Assembly: GCA_963744145.1 (NCBI GenBank)
Contig: CAVUSO010000001.1
Location: forward strand, 7,168,001-7,232,000
Origin: an uncultured cyanobacterium
Lineage (GTDB): Bacteria; Cyanobacteriota; Cyanobacteriia; Cyanobacteriales; CAWUOF01
Reading direction: 5' to 3'
DNA: 64,000 bases
Shown: positions 53,151 through 63,108 of the stretch, piece by piece
Layout of the letters: each line of letters opens with the position of its first letter
Position numbering within the stretch: position 1 is the stretch's first letter
Program-made: the position numbers and the translations under genes
Notes under the pieces: model-generated
What the model was told of the DNA's origin: nothing
Seen by the model: only the letters and a program-made list of their open reading frames with translations
The model's database searches: none

Positions 53151-53930
53151 TTATTCGCCGAAATGCTTTGCCCCTACGGTTAATTCATTGGTTGCTAAAG
53201 CTTTTTTAGTTATGTGGGTAATATAAATAGTCCCAGCTATAGTAAGGGCAATTCCTAGGATTTGCCAAATTAATTCGCTCTGGTTTTTCGGGGAAAATTG
53301 CAAGTCTAAGTTAGCTAGTTCTCCAGCTAGTGAGCCAAAATAAACATAGATGATATTACTAGGAATTAATCCCAGTAATGAGGCGAAAAAATAGTCTTTT
53401 AAGGAGATCCGACTAATACTAAAGATGTAATTTGCAACACTAAATGGGAAAAAGGGTGAAATTCGAGCTAAAAAGACGATTTTCCATCCTTCCCTTGCCA
53501 CCGCATGATTGATCATGTTAAAATGAAGATTGTTTTCGATTTTCTGTTCTACCCAATCCAGTGCTAAATATCTACCAATTGTAAAAGCTATGATCGCCGC
53601 GATCGCAGTAGCAATACAGACATAAACTGAACCTAAAGTTAGTCCAAATATAATTCCAGCTCCTACTGTTAATAAGGAAATTGGCACAAAGCAGAGACTA
53701 CAAATAATATAAAGTAGAATAAACGTCAGTGCGGCCCAATATCCCATAGTGTCGATCGCAGCTAAGATGGATTTGAAGATTTCTGGGAAATCAATATATG
53801 GAACTGTCCTGATCAGAACTAAGGAGATGATCGCGATCGCGAGTATTCCCCAAAAAATTAAAATAATTTTGAGAGATAATCGTTCAAGTAATCGGAGCGG
53901 GAAGATCAAAAAATTTTTTTGATTGTTCAT
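53151..53930 (-). CDS. TVP38/TMEM64 (DedA/SNARE-associated) membrane protein
   Basis: P.SLLTVGAGIIFG...AFTIGRY...GWKIVFLARISPFFPF...NY. Commonly beside the oxidoreductase above. Confidence 0.88.
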   Translation of the reverse strand: MNNQKNFLIFPLRLLERLSLKIILIFWGILAIAIISLVLIRTVPYIDFPEIFKSILAAIDTMGYWAALTFILLYIICSLCFVPISLLTVGAGIIFGLTLGSVYVCIATAIAAIIAFTIGRYLALDWVEQKIENNLHFNMINHAVAREGWKIVFLARISPFFPFSVANYIFSISRISLKDYFFASLLGLIPSNIIYVYFGSLAGELANLDLQFSPKNQSELIWQILGIALTIAGTIYITHITKKALATNELTVGAKHFGE

Positions 53931-53973
53931 GATAAATAATTAATCAATAATTTCTAGAAAATTTTAGCTGATA

Positions 53974-54290
53974 CAGCGGATGACCTATTGATGAAGTACA
54001 GTAAGATTTTAGGTAAAATCGCGATAAGTTAAAGTCAATTGTGAGTGATCTGTGTTGGTTGGGCGGGTTTATGATGGTGATCTGTTTGGAGCAGAATTGA
54101 TTGGTGAACCCGCCCCTACAAATCCTGGTTGATTGTAATCACAAATTCATCAATAGCAGAAAATATTTTTAAACATCTGAAATTAGATCACCTGTAGGGG
54201 CGGGTTCACCGATGAATTTGCCACACACAAATAACCTGAATGAACCCGCCCAACCCCACAGATCACCTAGATGAACATACCCATCTCCCA
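53974..54290. mobile_element. Degenerate third copy of the 18514-family MITE
   Basis: Begins TA-CAGCGGA...TTGATGAAGTACA and shares the REP-pair interior. The right end is not recognisable. Confidence 0.7.
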
Positions 54291-54325
54291 TCACAGACGA
54301 AAATGTCTCAACTACGCTAAATTGA

Positions 54326-56095
54326 TTAGAAAGTAAACACAGTCCGCAAGGTTCCTACCCAAATATTACCATTAGCATTATTATCGTTGGGATCAATAAT
54401 CAGAAATGCACCGGGGGTGATGGAAATGTTATCCGATACTTGATAGCGATAAAAAGCTTCAATGTGGTAGGAGGTCGCTTTGCTATCATTACGGAAAGGT
54501 TTGGTTCCTAGTAAGGTATTACCCGCATATACATTCTGACCACGAAGAGGAGTGCTAGTAACTTTTGGGGGCATTCCAAATATAAACCCGAGGAGATTAC
54601 CTTTTTTACCAAAATCAGTAAAGCCTAACGTTAAAGCCCAGTTAACTATATCCGCAGTATCTCCACTCTTAATAGTTCTGGCTGACAGAGTACCTTTTTT
54701 CAGAAAAACATTAGATTCTGCTGTTGCTTGAGTGTATTCACCCCAACCAGAAATTACGAATTTGGGTAGGGGACGGAAACTAGCTTCTATCCCAAAGTTA
54801 TCTCCAGAAGTGGCTACATTCCCAAATGGTTGTGTAGCATAATCACTTCCAGTGCTTGCTGTCATATTCACAGAAGCTCCAGGATAGTAATTATGAGTGT
54901 AGGTAAAACCTAAATCAAGATTATTAACAGGTTTTAAACCTAACTGGGCTAACACCACATAAGCCCCATTAAATAAACCAGCTTTTTGGCTTGGGTCATT
55001 AGAACTAAAGCCTTGATAAGCTAAAGATAGGTCAGCTTGTTTGCTTAGCTTTTGAACAATCGTTAAACCTGCACCACCCGTGCTAATCCCATTAGTAGTC
55101 GCAGGTCCTGTTTGACGATAGATCGGGTTAAATCGACCAAACCGAGAGAGTGAACCAGTACCAGTAGGTGTAAATAACGGGTTGAAGGCATATACGTTAT
55201 CATCGGTAAAATCAGCGTTAACTGCATCAATGGTAACTTTAGTCGTCTTGCTCACAGGAAAAATATAGAAAAGCCGATCCAGGGTAAATTGGTTCTGGTT
55301 ATTTCCATCAAAGTTTAACCTGGTCATGCGAGTGCCTGATATGGCATTATCATACTGAACCGTATTTCTGGCTTGGAGACGGGTTCGGAGCAAATCTTGA
55401 CCTGTAAAGCTACTGTCAAAGTTTAATCGCAGCCGATTGGATTCAATTACATTATCTTGAACACTATTGAGTGGTGCTTTTGCTTGACCAGAAGATCTTA
55501 CCTGTCGATCTCCGAAGACATCCTCGATCGCAAAAATTGCTTCCGCATGGAGTTTGGTGGTGCTGCTGAATTGGTGAGCTTCTAACTCAGCAGTACGAGA
55601 TTCTAAAGAATCTACTCTTCCTCTTAGACTAGCTAGTTCTGTGGCAAATTGCTCTTGCAATTTTTGTAATACAGTTAGGTCGTTTTTAGTCACCGAGCTA
55701 GTTGAGCTAGAGATTAATTGATTGACCTTCTCCATACAAGCATTCAGTCCAGCCGCAAATTCATATCGGCTCATGGGTTTGTTACCACGATAGGTCCCAT
55801 CTGGATATCCAGCTATACATCCATAACGTTCCACTAAGGATTGGAGAGCTTGGAATGCCCAATCCGTGGGCTGGACATCTCGGAGTTGGGAAACTGAAGT
55901 GACTTGATCCATTGTGTCAGAGGGCTGACTAGAGGATTGGATCTCGTCGAAGGAACTAACTTGATCAGTTGGACCTTCTGCCGCGATCGCTGTGTTAGCT
56001 GCTAGTAATATAGCAGTTACTAATATTTGACGAGTTAAGAAAGAATAAGTTTTTTGCACAACTCTAAACCTCACACCTACATTTAAAGTTGGCAT
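54326..56095 (-). CDS. Cyanobacterial SLH-domain outer-membrane porin (OprB/iron-uptake porin family)
   Basis: QVTSVSQLRDVQPTDWAFQALQSLVERYGCIAGYPD, FSSTTKL, terminal GTLRTVFTF. Confidence 0.93.
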   Translation of the reverse strand: MPTLNVGVRFRVVQKTYSFLTRQILVTAILLAANTAIAAEGPTDQVSSFDEIQSSSQPSDTMDQVTSVSQLRDVQPTDWAFQALQSLVERYGCIAGYPDGTYRGNKPMSRYEFAAGLNACMEKVNQLISSSTSSVTKNDLTVLQKLQEQFATELASLRGRVDSLESRTAELEAHQFSSTTKLHAEAIFAIEDVFGDRQVRSSGQAKAPLNSVQDNVIESNRLRLNFDSSFTGQDLLRTRLQARNTVQYDNAISGTRMTRLNFDGNNQNQFTLDRLFYIFPVSKTTKVTIDAVNADFTDDNVYAFNPLFTPTGTGSLSRFGRFNPIYRQTGPATTNGISTGGAGLTIVQKLSKQADLSLAYQGFSSNDPSQKAGLFNGAYVVLAQLGLKPVNNLDLGFTYTHNYYPGASVNMTASTGSDYATQPFGNVATSGDNFGIEASFRPLPKFVISGWGEYTQATAESNVFLKKGTLSARTIKSGDTADIVNWALTLGFTDFGKKGNLLGFIFGMPPKVTSTPLRGQNVYAGNTLLGTKPFRNDSKATSYHIEAFYRYQVSDNISITPGAFLIIDPNDNNANGNIWVGTLRTVFTF

Positions 56096-56588
56096 ACTCT
56101 AGCATATTTCTAAAAAAATTAATAGGTTTAATAATTAATTAATCCAGTTCAGTTAACCTTGGGGGATGAGAGCATTTCGGCGTTTCAATGATGGCCCAAA
56201 TGCTTGCCCGCCAACCGATCAACTATATATATTACAATCCGGTTCAGTTAATACCAATTTACGATGAAGATAGATTAAATATAAGATGGAATTGTTGACA
56301 ATTGATCTGTGGGTGGGGGCGGGTTTTTGTAATTAGCTGGTAGAGCTGCGAGTTACTGGTGAACCCACCCCTCGTTTTCTTGTAATTCTTCCTCTCTGCT
56401 TTGCTTCGAGTTCTTGTTGTCTCTGTAATTCCCTTTTCTGAAACTCTTGTAATACCTGGTTACGCCATGCTTGACAATCTTGCCGAACCTTTCGCGATCG
56501 CTCTTAAGTACGGTTTATATGGATAATTTTCATCCTACAATAGTTATAATATTAGTGATCATGGGGAATATACCACAAATACTAGGTT

Positions 56589-57056
56589 ATGACTCAATCC
56601 TACGACCAGCAAGATGTCCAGCAAATCCTGCAATTGGCGATCGCTCGTCAAGATCGCGGAGAGACTTTGACCCGCGAACACCTCTTAGAAATGGCTGATG
56701 AATTGGGTATTTCCCCAGAATCTCTTTTAGCCGCAGAAAAAGATTGGTTAACTAAACAAAGTGAATTCCAACAAAAACAAGACTTTGATCTTTATCGTCG
56801 TCGGAAATTCCAAAAAAACACGGAAAGATTTTTGATCGTTAATACTTTTTTAGTTTTGTTAAACTTGGTCAACTCCCATGCTCTTTCTTGGTCTTTATAT
56901 ATAATTCTTGGCTGGGGCTTAGGACTAGCTTTAAATGCTTGGAAAATCTATAAAATCGATCAGGAAGATTATGAAAAAGCTTTTCAAGTTTGGCGTCGTA
57001 AACAACAGTTAGGACAATCAATTAATACTGTTTTAGATAAATTTCTCAAACCATAA
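56589..57056 (+). CDS. 2TM-domain protein
   Basis: YDQQDVQQILQLAIARQ...LLEMADELGIS...FLIVNTFL...WSLYIILGWGLGL. Confidence 0.82.
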   Translation: MTQSYDQQDVQQILQLAIARQDRGETLTREHLLEMADELGISPESLLAAEKDWLTKQSEFQQKQDFDLYRRRKFQKNTERFLIVNTFLVLLNLVNSHALSWSLYIILGWGLGLALNAWKIYKIDQEDYEKAFQVWRRKQQLGQSINTVLDKFLKP

Positions 57057-57178
57057 GACAAGAAAGCAAAAGTCCTTATTGATCAATTTATTGACAGGCA
57101 AGATGCCTGTCCCACCAGAAAAAATCACTTTTGTGGGACAGGCATCTTGCCTGTCCTATTTATTTTTGCAAGAACTCT
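57056..57178. mobile_element. 123-bp MITE, copy 2
   Basis: Homologous to 8539-8661, with decayed TIRs and a 3-bp duplication ATA. Confidence 0.8.
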
Positions 57179-57213
57179 ATAGTAAAATATTTACTACTTT
57201 TTTACGGAAAACC

Positions 57214-59001
57214 TTGAAAACTGCCACTGTTCCCACCCGTTCTAGTTACTGGAAACTTCTTCCTTATCTACTTCCTCAATGGCAAACTATTACTCAAGCC
57301 TTAGCTTGTACAATCGGTTTCACGGTATTCTGGCCAATTTTAGCTAAATTAGCTGGGGAAATGGCCAAATATGTTGGTGAAGGTAAGGTAGCTGCGATCG
57401 CTCAACTCAGTTGTTTAGCAGCAGTAATTTTTTTGGTCAGAGGGATAATTCAATATGGACAAGATGCTTTAATGGCTAAAGCTGCTTTACGGATTGCGTT
57501 AAATCTGCGTAAGCAAGTTTATAGTCATTTACAAAAACTCAGTCTTGGTTATTTTGCAACTGCTCAAACTGGAGATTTATCCTATCGTCTGACGGAAGAT
57601 ATTGACCGGATTGGTGAAATAGTTAATAAAATATTCCATCAATTTGTGCCCTGCATTTTACAATTGATTGTCGTGCTAGGATACATGATTTGGCTGAATT
57701 GGCAATTAACTTTAGCGGCTTTAATTCTAGCACCATTGATGGCTTTTTTAATTGGCTGGTTTGGTGAACAATTATTAAAGGTTTCCCGTCGGAGTCAAAC
57801 GCGCATCTCTAATTTATCTTCTTTTCTGACCGAAATATTTAGTGGAATTAGATTAGTTAAAGCTTTTGCTGCGGAAGAATATGCAATTCAAAAGTTTGCT
57901 TATGAATCAGAACAAAACCGTCGCGCTAAATACTTGACTGAACAGTTAAAAGCAGTTCAGTTTGTGGTGGTGGGTTTTTTAGAAGCAATGTGCATCTTAT
58001 TGTTGTTCTTTCTCGGTGGTTGGCAAATTGCTCAAAAAAATATTACTGGAAGTGACTTTATTAGTTATGTAACTGCGGTAGCCCTACTAATTGATCCGAT
58101 TTCTTTAACTACTAGTAATTATAGTGATTTTAAACAAAGTGAAGCATCTTGCGATCGGATTTTTGAATTGATGGCAATTCCCCCAACCATTACCGAAAAG
58201 AAATCAGCGATTGATTTACCTCATGTCACAGGTAAAGTTGAATATCGTCAGGTAAATTTTGCTTATGAACAGCGTCATGAACTAAAAAATTCAGATCAAC
58301 ATGGTGAAAATAATGTCCCTGTTAATTGGGTTCTCCATCAACTCAATTTATTAGCATTACCCGGAGAAATGATTGCTTTAGTAGGTGCTTCGGGTGCAGG
58401 AAAAACGACTTTAGTTAATTTGCTACCCCGTTTTTATGATCCGCAAGCAGGTCAAATTTTCATTGATGAGATTAATATTCAGGATGTAACTTTACCAAGT
58501 TTACGGCGACAAATAGGTATTGTTCCCCAAGAAACGATCTTGTTTTCAGGGACGATCGCTGAAAATATTGCCTTTGGACAAGTAAGCTTTGAGCTAGAAG
58601 CAGTTCAAGCAGCAGCAAAAATTGCTAACGCGCACCAATTTATTACGGAATTATCTGACGGTTATTATACTTGGGTGGGAGAACGGGGCGTAAATTTATC
58701 CGGAGGTCAAAAACAACGGATTGCGATCGCTAGAGCAGTATTACTTGATCCGCGAATTTTGATTTTAGATGAAGCGACTTCAGCTTTAGATTCCGAATCA
58801 GAAGCTTTAGTCCAGGAAGCTTTAGAAAGATTAATGCGCGATCGCACCGTTTTCATTATTGCCCATCGATTAGCGACAGTTCGTCGTGCTGATCGAATTT
58901 TGGTCATGGAAGGGGGAAGAATTGTTGAATCAGGAACCCATACGGAATTATTAGCGCAGGAGGGACGTTATGCTCGTTTTTATGCCCAACAATTTAATTA
59001 A
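57214..59001 (+). CDS. ABC transporter, fused permease/ATPase (MsbA-like exporter)
   Basis: GASGAGKT, LSGGQKQR, ILDEATS, IAHR. Probable TTG start at 57214, as the longer ORF runs through the MITE. Confidence 0.92.
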   Translation: MKTATVPTRSSYWKLLPYLLPQWQTITQALACTIGFTVFWPILAKLAGEMAKYVGEGKVAAIAQLSCLAAVIFLVRGIIQYGQDALMAKAALRIALNLRKQVYSHLQKLSLGYFATAQTGDLSYRLTEDIDRIGEIVNKIFHQFVPCILQLIVVLGYMIWLNWQLTLAALILAPLMAFLIGWFGEQLLKVSRRSQTRISNLSSFLTEIFSGIRLVKAFAAEEYAIQKFAYESEQNRRAKYLTEQLKAVQFVVVGFLEAMCILLLFFLGGWQIAQKNITGSDFISYVTAVALLIDPISLTTSNYSDFKQSEASCDRIFELMAIPPTITEKKSAIDLPHVTGKVEYRQVNFAYEQRHELKNSDQHGENNVPVNWVLHQLNLLALPGEMIALVGASGAGKTTLVNLLPRFYDPQAGQIFIDEINIQDVTLPSLRRQIGIVPQETILFSGTIAENIAFGQVSFELEAVQAAAKIANAHQFITELSDGYYTWVGERGVNLSGGQKQRIAIARAVLLDPRILILDEATSALDSESEALVQEALERLMRDRTVFIIAHRLATVRRADRILVMEGGRIVESGTHTELLAQEGRYARFYAQQFN

Positions 59002-59008
59002 AATCCTT

Positions 59009-59130
59009 AGACCTCTTGCAAAAATAAATAGGACGGGCAAGATGCCCGTCCCACAAAAATTATTTTTTCTGGTGGGACAGGCATCTTGCCTGTCAATAAA
59101 TTGATCAATAAGGACTTTTGCAAGAGGTTT
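59009..59130. mobile_element. 122-bp MITE, copy 3 (inverted)
   Basis: AGACCTCTTGCAAAA...TTTTGCAAGAGGTTT, 3-bp duplication CTT. Confidence 0.85.
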
Positions 59131-59131
59131 C

Positions 59132-59512
59132 TTATAAACTTTCCAGGTAACGGAGCAAATCAGCCATTTCTTGGGATGTCGGTTGGAATTGGGGCATCGG
59201 TGGAGTTTGACCACTAATCACTTGCTGAATGATCCCAAAGCGGGACTTACGTTTGGCTACACCATGAAGATTTGGTCCTACTTTCCCATTAGCAGATAAT
59301 CCGTGACATCCTGCACAGTTGATTTGAAAAATAGCATGACCTTGATCCCGATTTCCCCTCAGAGAGAAAACGCTTTTCACGAATGGATCAGACGCTTGGA
59401 TTTGGTAAAAACCCTGAATCAGCAAGAAACTTGCAACCAAAACAGCCAGAACCATCCAGAGGATGCGCTGGTTCCAAATTTCTTCTTCAGGTTTAGCAAG
59501 TGGCTTATCCAA
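59132..59512 (-). CDS. cytM: Cytochrome cM
   Basis: TM anchor, DPFVKSV, CAGCH, IIQQVISGQTPPMPQFQP...EMADLL; divergent from petG. Confidence 0.88.
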   Translation of the reverse strand: MDKPLAKPEEEIWNQRILWMVLAVLVASFLLIQGFYQIQASDPFVKSVFSLRGNRDQGHAIFQINCAGCHGLSANGKVGPNLHGVAKRKSRFGIIQQVISGQTPPMPQFQPTSQEMADLLRYLESL

Positions 59513-59666
59513 AATGTTTCTGCCTAGACCAGGATCTACATAAAACTTTATTATAAAGAATTATGTGAAATATGAAAAGTCCAGGCTGCACTAATTGACG
59601 ATCAGAACTTGTAGGATAAAAAACAAGTAAAAAATATTTACTCGATTAGTTACTGAGGAGAAGAAA

Positions 59667-59780
59667 ATGGTAGAACCACTTATGTCAGGGATTGTGCTGG
59701 GTTTAGTGACCGTTACCCTAGCAGGACTATTTGTAGCTGCTTGGTTGCAATACAAACGGGGCAATCAGTTGGGACTGTAA
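59667..59780 (+). CDS. petG: Cytochrome b6f complex subunit V (not in the ORF track)
   Basis: [37 protein letters not shown], with a GAGGAG RBS. Confidence 0.96.
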   Translation: MVEPLMSGIVLGLVTVTLAGLFVAAWLQYKRGNQLGL

Positions 59781-59831
59781 TCAACTTCTAGTAATACCTT
59801 GTCAATCCCGACATTTTGACCAATCACCCTT

Positions 59832-60374
59832 TTATATGTGCCGATAGAAAGTTAAAGCAGTATTGCCATAAATTTTCTGTCGGCATATTTCTAAAGATAA
59901 GGGGGAAATGATAGTAGTTAGATGGGGACTATGTTCCATCGCTAGTTCACCCTCAGAATCGAGTAAATGATGCTGCGCGATCGCATCTAAGACTGGTTGG
60001 TAGAGATTGCTATTATATGGGGGATCAAAATAAATCCGATCGAAGGATTGACCAGCTAAGGTTTTTAAGCATCTGACTACTTCTCCGGACACAATTTGAA
60101 AAGTTTGCTCTTCCCTGGCGATTTGTTGCCAATTTTGACGGATAATTGCACAAGCGCGACTCGATTGTTCGATCCCAATGACCAAATTTGCGCCTCGACA
60201 GAGAGCTTCTGCACCCATTGAACCACTACCTGCACATAAATCCAGCCATCGACATCCCTCAATATTTCCTTGCCAAATATTAAATACGGCTGCACGTACC
60301 CGAGCTAGAGTTGGTCGAGTATCTAAACCGGGTAAGGTTTTTAATAGACGGTTGCCATAAATTCTCAAACTCAT
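59832..60374 (-). CDS. rsmD: 16S rRNA m2G966 methyltransferase
   Basis: TRPT, LDLCAGSGSMGAEAL.RGA, FDPPY, YGNTAL. Confidence 0.93.
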   Translation of the reverse strand: MSLRIYGNRLLKTLPGLDTRPTLARVRAAVFNIWQGNIEGCRWLDLCAGSGSMGAEALCRGANLVIGIEQSSRACAIIRQNWQQIAREEQTFQIVSGEVVRCLKTLAGQSFDRIYFDPPYNSNLYQPVLDAIAQHHLLDSEGELAMEHSPHLTTIISPLSLEICRQKIYGNTALTFYRHI

Positions 60375-61093
60375 TAAATATGATTGTCAGCATCAAGCTG
60401 TCTCATAATGTTTTCTAAATCAGCAGTTAAATAAGCTGCATCTTGTTTAGGCGATCGCTGACAATAATCAGCGACTAAGATGGGGGAACCAACGCGAATT
60501 TTGGCTTTTGATCTCCAACCGGGAACTAGTTGACTATATTTAATGGTAATCGGTACAATCTTAATCCCCAGACCAGGATGATTAGATTCGGCTTGGATGG
60601 CTAAACGAGCGAGTCCAGGTTTGAAGGGATGGACTTGACTATCTTGAAAAATACCACCTTCGGGAAAGATTGCTAACATTTGACCATCGACCAGTAGCTC
60701 AACCCCGTGACGGAGGGTAGCGATCGCAGGTCGTTTTAAATCTACCGGAAAACCACCTAAATGACGGATAAACCACCCTTGTATCCCTGTGACTTCTGTC
60801 GAAGTTACCATAAATCGGGGATCTCTACCAGTTTTAAATCGTCCGAGCTTATGTGCTAACAAAATTGGGTCCCAACGTGAGCGATGGGTGGGAGCCAGAA
60901 TTAGGGGACCGGTACTGGTAATATTTTCCTGTCCCTTAATTTTAATCTTACTGAAGTAAAACGGCAGAACCACATAAGCCGCCAATGGGTAAACTAGAGA
61001 TGCTACCCAGGGGGAAACATGAGAGGTGAAAGGCACCATCTGGTTAGGTGTCACAGTTAAAAGAGGATCTTTCAATGGATTGAGCTGCTTCAT
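60374..61093 (-). CDS. plsC: 1-acyl-sn-glycerol-3-phosphate acyltransferase
   Basis: PTHRSRWD, GGFPVD, IFPEG, KPGLARLA. Confidence 0.85.
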   Translation of the reverse strand: MKQLNPLKDPLLTVTPNQMVPFTSHVSPWVASLVYPLAAYVVLPFYFSKIKIKGQENITSTGPLILAPTHRSRWDPILLAHKLGRFKTGRDPRFMVTSTEVTGIQGWFIRHLGGFPVDLKRPAIATLRHGVELLVDGQMLAIFPEGGIFQDSQVHPFKPGLARLAIQAESNHPGLGIKIVPITIKYSQLVPGWRSKAKIRVGSPILVADYCQRSPKQDAAYLTADLENIMRQLDADNHI

Positions 61094-61200
61094 TGCTTCA
61101 GTCGGAGACTGCTGAATAAGCTATCTATATTTACTTAGGAGTTTAAGGTAGAGATCATGTTAAGAGTCTACTAATAAAACTTTAGATCGAATTGGTAGAA

Positions 61201-61746
61201 TTAATCCTCTGCTCCAAGGACAGTTTTACCAGCGTCATGATTGCGCGATCGCCTCTGAATAAACCAAGATTGTAACAATTGACGACAATCAGATTCCATA
61301 ATGCCACCCAAAACTGATAATTGATGATAGGAGCAGGGACTGTCGGGAATATTCATCACGGTGCGAATTGCTCCAGTTTTGGGATCGTCGGCACCATAAA
61401 CTAACAACTTTAAACGGGATTGGGCGATCGCACCAGCGCACATCGGACAAGGTTCTAAGGTTACATAGAGGATACATTGGTCTAAATGCCAATTTTGGCG
61501 AGTCCTTCCTGCGACTCGGAGAGCGATAATTTCTGCATGGGCTGTCGGATCATCATCTCGTTCGCGTCTATTTTCACCTTGAGCAATTAAGTGATTCTCC
61601 CCATCAACAATCACAGCACCTACAGGTATTTCATGGGCATTTCCAGCTGAAACTGCGAGTTCTAAAGCTCTACTCATCCAGTAGCGATGTTGTAGATAGA
61701 CTGGATCATTAATTTTTTCGATCGGCAAATTACCTCTATTTTCCAC
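61201..61746 (-). CDS. tadA: tRNA adenosine(34) deaminase
   Basis: EIPVGAV, DPTAHAE, TLEPCPMCAGA, DPKTGA. Confidence 0.93.
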   Translation of the reverse strand: MENRGNLPIEKINDPVYLQHRYWMSRALELAVSAGNAHEIPVGAVIVDGENHLIAQGENRRERDDDPTAHAEIIALRVAGRTRQNWHLDQCILYVTLEPCPMCAGAIAQSRLKLLVYGADDPKTGAIRTVMNIPDSPCSYHQLSVLGGIMESDCRQLLQSWFIQRRSRNHDAGKTVLGAED

Positions 61747-61753
61747 CTGATCA

Positions 61754-62068
61754 TCAAACAGTGGGCACAGCTAACAAAGGATCTAACTGACCTGCTTGAT
61801 CAAGTTTATATAAATCATCACACCCACCAATATGTTGATCATTGATAAAAATTTGGGGCACAGTCAAGCGTCCATTAGCACGTTCCGCCATTTTTTTTCT
61901 AGCTGCCCCATTACCATCAATTTTATATTCTGTATAATTAACACCTTTCCACCACAACAACAATTTCGCCCGGATACAGTAGGGACAAGTTTGCCAAGTA
62001 TAAATTTCGACGTTAGCTTTAATTTGTTCTGGGTGACGTCCGAGCCAAGAATTGAAAAAGTCCAACAT
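61754..62068 (-). CDS. grxC: Dithiol glutaredoxin
   Basis: CPYC, TVPQIFI, GGCDDL. Confidence 0.92.
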   Translation of the reverse strand: MLDFFNSWLGRHPEQIKANVEIYTWQTCPYCIRAKLLLWWKGVNYTEYKIDGNGAARKKMAERANGRLTVPQIFINDQHIGGCDDLYKLDQAGQLDPLLAVPTV

Positions 62069-62131
62069 ATTTTTTAGAGCCTCATGATTAATTTTTTTAA
62101 GATTAATCTAACCATAGAGCATTTTATTTGG

Positions 62132-62923
62132 TTACTGCTGGGGTTGTAGGCGAAGAAACAAATCTAGGGAAAGGAAATGCTGACTTTCCTTTCCCTTTTG
62201 CACTAAGGAAAATTGACGAGGGAGGAAATTTTTACCACAATCAGCGAGTAATTTGCCACGACGGGTGGGATCGCGCATCACCACCTGTACCGTTGGATCT
62301 GCGGTTGCTGCAATGCGTTCGAGAACAAGATCCTTGGGAGACACCTGATTGGCAATGTAGACAAACCCCGCTTCTACATAGTCAAACTTAGAGCCATCTG
62401 CTTCCACTAAACAAATTTTCTCTATTCCCAACCAGGATATAGTTTCCTTGGCCTTAGCGATCGCGACAGAATCGATGTCGATGCCAATATACTCCAGCTT
62501 GGGATATCGGTCGTAGAGATAAAATAAGGTAGCTGGTAAAGCTCCGCACCCCACCATAACGCAGCGCTGGCAATGAGAAAAATCGACCATCTGACAGAGG
62601 TCTTGCACTCGTTCATAAGTGTTTATACCAAACCCTGACATCAGACGATCGCCGATCGATCTGTTTACTGTCTTGTTCTTTTCTAGAAGTGAGTTGACCT
62701 CCTGACGCTCTTTTGCTGCTAAGTAGCGTCTTTGACATGCGGTGAAGAACTCTTGGTGCTGGGCAAGATAATCCTGTTGCTCTAATTCCTTAATAGCAGA
62801 CTCTTCTAAATTGGCTAGCCATCTGATGAATTCTTCGTGCAGAGCTAAAAACTCATCGTCTTTGGCCGTGGCCAGACCTATGCGATAATCTCCCAAAATG
62901 GTTTTTCCTGACTGGTCTATCAT
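62132..62923 (-). CDS. Nicotianamine-synthase-like SAM-dependent enzyme
   Basis: MVGCGALPAT (cf. GSGPLP.T), GIDID..A...A, VYIANQVSPK..VL, VVMR. Confidence 0.6.
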   Translation of the reverse strand: MIDQSGKTILGDYRIGLATAKDDEFLALHEEFIRWLANLEESAIKELEQQDYLAQHQEFFTACQRRYLAAKERQEVNSLLEKNKTVNRSIGDRLMSGFGINTYERVQDLCQMVDFSHCQRCVMVGCGALPATLFYLYDRYPKLEYIGIDIDSVAIAKAKETISWLGIEKICLVEADGSKFDYVEAGFVYIANQVSPKDLVLERIAATADPTVQVVMRDPTRRGKLLADCGKNFLPRQFSLVQKGKESQHFLSLDLFLRLQPQQ

Positions 62924-63108
62924 ATTTCTTCTAAAAAATTTTTTATCACCAAATGTAACTTATAGTACAATACTGCGGACAGTTTTTAGGCTCTTGATAA
63001 TGATCGGCCAAAATTACAGGGTTCATTTTCTGTTGGAGAGACTTGAATCCGCAAGCGCTGTAAGATATAGTCACTGATGAGGAAAGTCGAAAAGGAAGCA
63101 ATAAAGCT

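Noticed and set aside
56370..56520. Minus-strand coiled-coil-like stretch (QAWRNQVLQEFQKRELQRQQELEAKQR)
   Set aside because: No start or family could be assigned; probably a gene scrap between repeat remnants.
57056..59130. Inverted MITE pair flanking the ABC exporter as a composite transposon
   Set aside because: Each MITE has its own target duplication (ATA and CTT), showing independent insertions.
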